From Cyanophora paradoxa CCMP329 (taxonomy: Eukaryota > Plantae > Glaucophyta): a stretch of 33,116 nt of DNA. Each line of letters opens with the position of its first letter. Position 1 is the stretch's first letter. The notes beneath the pieces are model-generated. The model did not search any database, was not told where the DNA came from, and was given only the letters and a program-made list of their open reading frames with translations. A program made the position numbers and the translations under genes. The stretch lies in NCBI GenBank assembly GCA_004431415.1, contig QPMI01000661.1:1-33116 (forward strand), written 5' to 3'. Below, one piece after another: positions 22,223-30,187 of this stretch.

Positions 22223-23590
22223 ATGGATATCACTTCCACTCTTCAAAGACTTTCGCTGAAAGAAGCCCTAACAACCCCAGAGGAGGCGAAAGCCTTTTTC
22301 CTGGATAACTCCCTTATGCTTGGACTCGAATCCAAGTCTAAGCCAGTTCTAGTTGTTGTGAATCCCAGCAATACTTTTGAGAATAATGTTGGAAATCGCA
22401 TTTCCTTCAAGCTACCTCGCTACAATTTCTGTGGAAAACTCGAACTTGCTTTCGACCTACCAGAAATCACTTTTGCTGGTGAAGATCTAGTTCGCAATGG
22501 ATACACTCGCCCAGTTGGTGCTTTAGTTCAGCGACTTGAAATTACCTATGGATCTTACACCTACCACATCCCTTCTGATTTCCTTGCTCATTTCCCCCTG
22601 GTCTATTATTCGGAGGATCAACTAGCTAAAAAGAAACGCTCAATGGGCATGGTTCATGGTATCCCTGCTCATGGAACCAACCGACTTGGTGGCTCATTCT
22701 TTGTTGAAATCCCAGTGCCTTGGCTAAATCACTATCTTCCCCTTGGTGCTTTATCTGGTGAAATGGTTGTTACTGTTTGGTTTAAGGATGCTGGAAAGGG
22801 TTATGTTGAAACTTCCTATGGTGGTCGCTCTCTCCCTGTTGTTGGTGGGACAGCTGCTGATAAGACAGAAGATGATGGTCTTGGTGATACTGCTAATGCT
22901 ACACTTGCCCATGTTGGTCAAAACATCACCACTTTCAGTCTTGGTGCAACAACCCCTGCTATTTCAATTACTTCTCCTCGCCTTTACATGCATGCTATTA
23001 ATGTTTCTGATGAGCTTTTCGCTACTGTAATTGAAAAAGTAAAGACTACTGGCATGGCTATTCCCTCCCTTGATATTGGATTTGTAGATGCCATTGCTTT
23101 CCCTGCCAAGGGCAATGCCCAGCCCAATCGAATTAACCTCTCTCAAATCTCAGGTCTTGTCTATGCTCTGCTTGTTTCAGTTCGTGATTATGAGACTGTT
23201 GACAAATCCAATGGCTCCCACAGTGTTCTTAAGACCTATGCCAACTCCAAAGAGATAACATTCACAACTGAAATAAATGGACAGCGACTTTTTGCCACTG
23301 AGCCAATTTCTCTACTCAAAGGAGCTGAGCTAATTGCTGATGCCTTCAAATGCTCTAACATGGATAAGGTTGCAGATAAATATGTCCTTTCAGGACTCCC
23401 ATTCTGCCTTGATGGAGAAAAGGCAATTCGAAATATTGCTCAAAGTGGATTTGTAGACCTGACTAATTCCTCATCTTCATTCCTCACACTCTACATGCCC
23501 ACAGATAAGACAATCAATGTTCAAGTTCGCGCTTTAATGCATAGTTTCCTCATTATAGACGGTTCAGGTGTTCGTAGAATCAATTTATAG
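22223..23590 (+). CDS. Major capsid protein (double jelly-roll)
   Basis: Intact 455-aa beta-rich ORF between penton and ATPase. GNRISFKLPR, LVQRLEITYG, VEIPVPW..YLPLGAL are typical DJR strand patterns. Confidence 0.85.
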   Translation: MDITSTLQRLSLKEALTTPEEAKAFFLDNSLMLGLESKSKPVLVVVNPSNTFENNVGNRISFKLPRYNFCGKLELAFDLPEITFAGEDLVRNGYTRPVGALVQRLEITYGSYTYHIPSDFLAHFPLVYYSEDQLAKKKRSMGMVHGIPAHGTNRLGGSFFVEIPVPWLNHYLPLGALSGEMVVTVWFKDAGKGYVETSYGGRSLPVVGGTAADKTEDDGLGDTANATLAHVGQNITTFSLGATTPAISITSPRLYMHAINVSDELFATVIEKVKTTGMAIPSLDIGFVDAIAFPAKGNAQPNRINLSQISGLVYALLVSVRDYETVDKSNGSHSVLKTYANSKEITFTTEINGQRLFATEPISLLKGAELIADAFKCSNMDKVADKYVLSGLPFCLDGEKAIRNIAQSGFVDLTNSSSSFLTLYMPTDKTINVQVRALMHSFLIIDGSGVRRINL

Positions 23591-23649
23591 ACCATATTCA
23601 GTCTCCCTGCATTATTTTTATCTGTCTTTATTTAGGAAGATCTACAACA

Positions 23650-24344
23650 ATGCAAGATTTAGAAGAGTTTAATGTTTCTGAAATGATAAAAGGTGTTTTC
23701 AGAGCCATTTTTATAGGCAAAAGTTGTACGGAAAAAGCGAATGTGTAAAGTATTGGTTAAAGCAATTACATGATGCCAAAGTTATTGATGTTGTCCTAGT
23801 TGTGAGTGGGACCAGCTTTAATCATTTCTGGAGAGAGGTTGCAACAGTAGAACTTGGTAAATGGGATGCTGGTTACATTTCAAAGCTTTTGGATGAAAGG
23901 CAGGAGAAAATCGAAAAAGGTGAACCTGTGAACCACATGTGTGTTGTTTTAGATGATTTAATTGATAATGAGATAATTGATTTAACCAGAGACAAGGTGG
24001 TGTCATCTCTGTACAGTAGGGGCAGACACTCGAAAATATCCATTATCTGCATTACACAGAAACTCAGAAAAGTCTCTTCCACTATTCGAGTTAATTCTGA
24101 TTATGCTGTTTTCCTGAGTGCTGCTAATCGCAAAGAACTTGAAGCCATAGAGGAAGAATACAATATAATGCGAAACAAGGAGGACTTTTACAAAATGTTT
24201 GAAGAATATGTCCACTCCTATCAGTATATCGTTTGGTCCTCTGCTGGCTACTCAGTTAAATACTTTGTAGATAAAGCTGAGCTTGTCAAAGACTTCCCAT
24301 TTCCTCGCTTCCACAGAAAGCCAAAAAGAAAGAAGATGAACTGA
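23650..24344 (+). CDS. A32/FtsK-like DNA packaging ATPase, frameshift in Walker A
   Basis: RAIFIGKSCT/GKS, CVVLDD, LYSRGRHSKISIICITQ, IRVNSDY. Confidence 0.9.
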
Positions 24345-24457
24345 AACCACCAGAGAAAGAGGAAGCCCCAAAGAAGTGAAAAGCCAAGTCCATAGCAATA
24401 AATTGATGCGATATAAACGCGGTTTATAAAATTATCTCTCATTCTAATAAAGATACA

Positions 24458-25190
24458 ATGCCTCCCAAACGAAAGATAGGGATCCCAGCTGGGGCTGTTG
24501 GCTATTCAGGTGGTGGAAACAATGGATCTATTAACACTGAACCAATGAAATTCAATGGTATGAACGAAATCAAACCCTCACAACCCCAAGAAGACCCCCT
24601 TAATGCTGCCTATGAGGAATCAGTCGATGACAAAGCCCCACAAAGTTCAACTGCTGACCAACTGAACATTTCCCTGAGACAGCAAAGATGAAGTCTGTTG
24701 CTGAGGGTGCCAGGCGAATTATTGGGGCTGCTGATGACAAAGGTTTAGGCTTGCAAGATCTTTCACTGGCTCGCAAAGGTGAGGGTCTTAGTAAGGAATC
24801 AGACAAGGTAATTCAGTCTATGGCTGGTGAAGTCACATACAAGACTGCTCCCACTCAAAATATTCATCGAATTCCCAAGGCTCAATGGATGAGATGACTG
24901 CTAAACTCAAAGATCTGGAAGCCAAATCAAGTGCCTTGGAGCAGTATGTTACTGAGAAGAAAGAGAGAGCCAAGCTAAAGGAGATGCTTCGAAAGGAAGT
25001 TTATAAAATGGGAATCACTGGTGTCCCAGATAAACAGTTTATTGCTAAGAAAGAGAACCAAATCGATGAGCAGGCAGTAGATGAAATGAAAACAAAAACC
25101 CAAAAGGGAACCATTGAACCTGGTGCCACCAAAGCTGAAGTAGAAAAGGGAGTTGCCCCAACAGTATATAAAAGACGAGTTTGGCTTTAA
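24458..25190 (+). CDS. Hypothetical protein (three overlapping ORFs, probably one frameshifted gene; possible core protein)
   Basis: MPPKRK start, overlapping consecutive ORFs, K/E-rich coiled-coil C-terminus. Confidence 0.45.
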
Positions 25191-25211
25191 TTTCTCTGTT
25201 TTATTAGAGAT

Positions 25212-25484
25212 ATGGACATAATACGAAAGTTCTTCGAGATGTTCAGTCTGCATGTGGTGAGCAATTGCCACAGTGGATGTTGTGAGACAACAGTGGAGTT
25301 TGAGATGTCAGATAATGAGGATAATGCCTCAGAAGCAAGAGAGAGAAGGAGATCAACAGTTTCTGTGGAGTCAATGCCAGCAGACCCCACAGAGTATACA
25401 TATGAGCAACAGGAGTATCCAAGGAGAAGTTCTTTGCCAGGCGAAAACGTTTTCTCAGCAAATATTAATGGAGGATACAATTAG
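25212..25484 (+). CDS. Hypothetical small protein with CxSxCC motif
   Basis: 90-aa ATG ORF co-oriented with the structural block. Confidence 0.45.
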   Translation: MDIIRKFFEMFSLHVVSNCHSGCCETTVEFEMSDNEDNASEARERRRSTVSVESMPADPTEYTYEQQEYPRRSSLPGENVFSANINGGYN

Positions 25485-25799
25485 TTTGATCGAGTTTACT
25501 AGTGATGAGCCTTTAACTGAGGGTGCTATTAGACACATTCTAGCAAAGCAGAAACGATATAGAGAGGACCCAGCATATAGAGAGTATAAGAAACAACAAG
25601 CCCTGGCATCCTATTATCGCAGAAAAGCCCAAAAAGAGGAGCAGAGACCCAGAGGAGACCGATTAAATATTATTTGCCTACTGATAGTAGCAATGGACCC
25701 CCAGGTCTATAAGATAATTGAGAAAAAGCGGTCTCAGTATGCTACTGAGGCAGCTATAAAAATATATACAAAGGAATTGGCTTTATACTTGCAATCAAG

Positions 25800-26021
25800 T
25801 CACAGATAAGTTTTGTAAATATGCTTTTGTTGTTTTTTGTTTGCATTCTCAGACACTGAAACAGTAATGTGAATGTTTACTGATCTATTTCTCTTTGGTT
25901 TAGCTGCATACATATTGTAACCTATCAATCTCTGTGACATTTCGATATATGCCCCTATATCTCCATGCTTTATGCATTTATCTAACTCAGTCATGGTCAT
26001 CTCATCAAGAGTCTTTGCCAT
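25800..26021 (-). CDS. Hypothetical small protein
   Basis: MAKTLDEM... ORF preceded by the shared YTTAARG..TATA motif. Confidence 0.5.
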   Translation of the reverse strand: MAKTLDEMTMTELDKCIKHGDIGAYIEMSQRLIGYNMYAAKPKRNRSVNIHITVSVSENANKKQQKHIYKTYL

Positions 26022-26088
26022 TTTGTCTTCACTATACACAATCAAGTAAGCCTTAAGTATTCTTGTCAAATTTTGGTCATTTTCGATA

Positions 26089-26209
26089 GGTGTGACAGGT
26101 GTGACAGGTGTGACAGGTCTATCCCATCGATTTTGAAAATCAACTTTTCACCAGGGCTTTCCTTGGGATGGACCTGTCACACCTGTCACACAAACCATTT
26201 TCAGTAAGG
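26089..26209. repeat. Iteron hairpin, copy 2 (putative replication origin)
   Basis: (GGTGTGACA)x3-GGTCTATCCC-39 bp-GGGATGGACC-TGTCACACC-TGTCACAC-AAACCATTTTCAGTAAGG. Lies ~40-60 bp past the helicase stop codon. Confidence 0.85.
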
Positions 26210-26249
26210 CTATAAAATATATGTAAATCTCAATCATTAATCGTTTTCT

Positions 26250-28567
26250 TTAATATTCGGCATCATCTTCATTGTCTTCCTGAACCCTTGTTATCTTTCG
26301 AATCCCAATATATCCTCTGGCAAGAATACCATTAACTCGTTTTCTTTCTGATTTAACATTGAAGATCTCCCTTACTCTTTTCATAACAGATACACATTCA
26401 ACTTTATCATCAACACTTTTGTATGATTTGTAAATGATATCACTGGAAACAAAGTCGTTAGCATTATGTGTAACCTCGAAATTATCTCGAAGCCATTCAC
26501 CAATCTTATCATTTTCAGCTATAAAGTTAATTCCCTGTTCAATAATCGATTGAGGGGACTTCTTAAGATCTCTTCAACCTCTTTGTTCTTCCACATATCC
26601 AGTAATATCTTCATGTGAGCCATCTTATACTCATCATCATTGTGTAGAAGTGTGAACAGAGTTGGGTCAGCTTTCTTTTGACCAGCTTCTGGCTTCTCTC
26701 TGAATATATTATTGAATCTCTGATAGGAAAGTCTTCTTTGAATTGCAAAGTCTGGTTTATTTATAGTCAAATTGTCATTAGTTGTAATGTAGACCTGAAA
26801 CATTGGGGTAAGGATAACTGGGTCTTTGAACAAGGCTCTCACAGTCATTTCATTTCCACCTGTGACCTCCTTAATCTTGGAGATCTGCAGTTTATCACCA
26901 TCTTCAGCCTCATTACTGAATACAAGTCGCTTTCCAAGGAGTTTGGCAAGTTCAGGAGTAGCCTCTGATGAGTTCTTTTTAGGCTTAGTCCAATAGGATA
27001 TTTCGAGAGGGCTGTAATAGCGACCAGATATCTGTTTGCAGTATTCCTGAACAAGTGATTTACCATTAGCACCAGCACCAGTCCACATATAGAACTTCTG
27101 GGATTTAGTTGATCCACTAAGGCAATTGCAATGGATGCCAGAAGATACTTTCGCTCTGCTGGATCATCCACAATCTCTTTATAAATCTGATTGAGATGCT
27201 CTATTTTCTTGGGTCTACATTCTCAGTATAATCATAACCCACAGTCTTACTCACCATATCTTCCAGTTTACCCTTTCTGAAAGTCATAGTGGTCAGATCA
27301 AATACACCATTTTCGAATCCAATCACATATGGAACTGTGTCAATCTTCTCAAGAATTCATCATCATTCAGCAGTGGGACAAGTCAGTCAGAAGGGATTTG
27401 CGAAATCCTGATTGTTTAAGATTTTGGCAATGGTCATCAATGTTTTGGATCTTTCTTCGAAAGCTGCTTTGTTTCCTCATCCTTTAAAGCTCTTTGACTA
27501 TAATGCACAGCCCTCCAAGGTATTGGGGGACAACAAGACGGCTTATATCTAGGTAAATCTTTAGGTTTGTGTCATCAAGCTCCCAAATCCCAGTATCAGT
27601 ATTGAGTTTGAACCATGACTTTTTGGAGTATCTCCAAGTGTGTTTAAGAACCTCTTTGCATACTAAACTCACATCATAATGAGCGCCACCAGAACCAGCG
27701 GATTTATCTATAAGATTAAAGATATCAGATTGCATTCCAATGCAGATGAATCGTTTTTTGCAATTTCCACTGTAGCTTGACACAATGTATTTGTTATCAT
27801 CTCCTTTAGCTTTCATAACAAACCAGTTATTCGATTCATGTGAACCATTGCAGCATGGGCAATTGAGTCCCTTGTTAGCAGCATCAAAGTTAAAGCCAAG
27901 TTCAGTTTTAGAGATTATATTGGATGCATAAATCCCATATCCACCAGCTCTTTGATAATATTGTTTTCCAGTTCATCATATGAGGTAGCATTAGCAGTAT
28001 ACTCACTCTTATAGATGTAATTATCTATAATCCACTTTTTGAAGTCATCAGTAGGCTCATTGAAATCACAGGTATCATCCCATGGGGAGATCACCCAAGC
28101 CTTGTTGACACTGGGACAAACATTAATTAATCCAGAAGTTCCAGTTCCAGTGATTGTTTTCAGGTCAACCTTTTCAAAGCCTTTAAAGCCTGGAGCCTTA
28201 TCGGTGATTTTGAGTTTAGTGAACTCCTCAGGTCGTTTAAAGTAGACATGATAGCCTTTTTTAGTTTTTGCCATGGGCTGATTGGCATCAAAGTCATCAG
28301 GAAACATATCCGGAATTTGTCAAAGTCCTCCTCATCATCAAAGTCAATAACCATCATGTTGTCTGAGAGCAGAATGCCCCAAGATACATACTGATTAGTT
28401 GCCAGCGCTTCCTCATACTTTTCCCAGGACCAAGCACCTCCCTTATGCTTGAAAACAGGGTCTTTGCTGTCAGGTTTCACTGGGATAATCATGTTTTTGG
28501 CTAGATCCTCATCAGATCTGAGCCAGTTAGCGAGCGATTTGAGCGATTTAGTCTGTTTGGCGTTCAT
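26250..28567 (-). CDS. Bifunctional primase-polymerase (PrimPol/AEP) fused to D5-like SF3 helicase, several frameshifts
   Basis: IIPVKPDSKDP, WGILL..MVIDFDD, TKKGYHVYF (PrimPol); IGFENGVFDL (D5_N); GAGANGKS, LVFSNEAE, IKEVTGG..VRALF, ITTN, AIQRRL (SF3); winged-helix-like C-term (IGEWLRDNF...RGYIGIR). Confidence 0.9.
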
Positions 28568-28574
28568 TTTCAGC

Positions 28575-28635
28575 GATTGGGGTCCCTTTTATATATATAG
28601 AAGATTTTTCTTTAAGTAGTTTTGGGTCCCCAATC
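28575..28635 (-). promoter_or_regulatory. Putative promoter of the primase-helicase, bracketed by a 12-bp inverted repeat
   Basis: Minus strand CTTAAAG-N10-TATATATA. GATTGGGGTCCC (28575-28586) and GGGTCCCCAATC (28624-28635) are inverted with one mismatch. Confidence 0.55.
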
Positions 28636-28777
28636 ATTTTTTGTTGGAAATCGAGAAAGTATCCCTACGAAATTTATCCACATGATATATCGAGTGGTTT
28701 AGATACAAAAAGGATGAATGGGTATTTCAGCGAATAAACAGCATATCCCAGCCTAGTAATATGCTGGGAAAAATAAT

Positions 28778-29032
28778 TTAGACATGTTTCAATTTTCTCC
28801 CTCTATTTGAGTAAGGGACATCATACAAATACTTGACAAAGCAGACTGCATTGGCTGCATACTTTCGCTGACATGAACTTGCTATTTTCATTGCTCTATA
28901 GGTATCATCGGTTTGATATAGATCTCTAAGCTGTGTGGCTATTTTTTCGTTAAACTTTTTGATTTGAGCCTTACCTTTTTCAGTTTGCTGGTACCTCTTC
29001 ATAGCTCTCTTCTGGGCTTCACTGAGTGGCAT
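28778..29032 (-). CDS. Small basic putative DNA-binding protein
   Basis: MPLSEAQKRAMKRYQQTEKGK pattern, common in small viral DNA-binding proteins. Upstream TTTAAAG..TATATATA. Confidence 0.6.
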   Translation of the reverse strand: MPLSEAQKRAMKRYQQTEKGKAQIKKFNEKIATQLRDLYQTDDTYRAMKIASSCQRKYAANAVCFVKYLYDVPYSNRGRKLKHV

Positions 29033-29074
29033 TTTTCCTCTGTCTCTCTTAATATATATAGAGAATTCTTTAAA

Positions 29075-29713
29075 TCATTTTTTGTTTTGTGGTTTCTGGA
29101 TATTTCTTTGAACAATATGTAAGCAACATTTCTTCAAACTCCTCAGGGCTTGCATGTTGTTTGCAATCACATGTTGCTGATGGCACAGGAAAGACTTTGG
29201 GCAGATTGGCTTTTTACAATCACATTTGTACATGTGGTATTCATTGTGTTTGCGATCACTGAACATTTTGATGACATCATTCGCAAATTTGTTTTTAAAC
29301 TTTCATATTTTTTCCAATGGAGCCTATCACACAACGGAATATAATTATAGAACTGATTTGCATCCGTCAAATAATGACAAAGACCAAGATCATAGAAATC
29401 ATCTCGAAACCAGACTTGCAGAGAGTTGTTCAAGAGGTTTTGTGTGTGAATCCTTGCAATGTATGAAAGAAATGAATATTCACACCTGCAAAGAGGACAT
29501 GATATGCAATAGTTGCTCTCTGCAAGCATCATTTCTGGGTATCCTTCAAACTGTCTGAAAGCTTTTTGTGCGCAGCAGTAGAACGGGATACTCATTAGAG
29601 TCATGAACCTTATATATATACTTTATAATGCAGGCTTCACAAAAGAAATGCTCACAAGCAAGCTCAATGATTGTATTCCTTTGAATAGTTTTGAAACAGA
29701 TTGGGCAGGACAT
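29075..29713 (-). CDS. RING-HC (C3HC4) finger protein, frameshifted
   Basis: Manual translation MSCPICFKTIQRNTIIELACEHFFCEACIIKY, continuing in another frame to CISCPLCR. Cys-rich C-terminus; 3' end uncertain. Confidence 0.8.
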
Positions 29714-29787
29714 CTTTGATATATCTATATAGAAGATATTTCTTTAAATCATTTTTTTGTTGCTCAGCCAAATGTAATGTTTCAACA

Positions 29788-30077
29788 TCACATGCATTGT
29801 AGTCCAGAATGTGAATAAGGTGAACTCTGATACTGTAATGTGTTTCTACAGAATGGGCATTTTGTATTCCGACTATTCCTCTTGCTGTTTCATGCATCTA
29901 TACAGACTGTCTTGAAGCATTGATCACATACAAACTGATCATAGCTAGTCTCATCACATTTACATAAACTGCATAGAATGCGTTTATATTCTGAGTTTTC
30001 ACAGGTTTCATTTCTTTCTTTAATACTTCTCATGAATGGCTGAAATAGCTAAGCGTTCTTTGACCGTCCGGATTCAT
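29788..30077 (-). CDS. Second RING-like (all-Cys) finger protein, frameshifted
   Basis: Manual translation ILCSLCKCDETSYDQFVCDQCFKTVCI.C....KCPFCRN across shifted frames. Confidence 0.65.
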
Positions 30078-30187
30078 TCTTGCTATTTGGCTTCTATATA
30101 TATACAATATAAAATTCCTTAAGTATTTTTCGCGTTCGGAATATCCCCATTTAAAACCTCCCTTTTATTAGGAACAAGTTAGGAACA

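Noticed and set aside
29167-29604. ORF start at 29604 and ORF 29664-29897 as independent genes
   Set aside because: The RING motif begins at the ATG at 29713 in another frame, so these are frameshift fragments.
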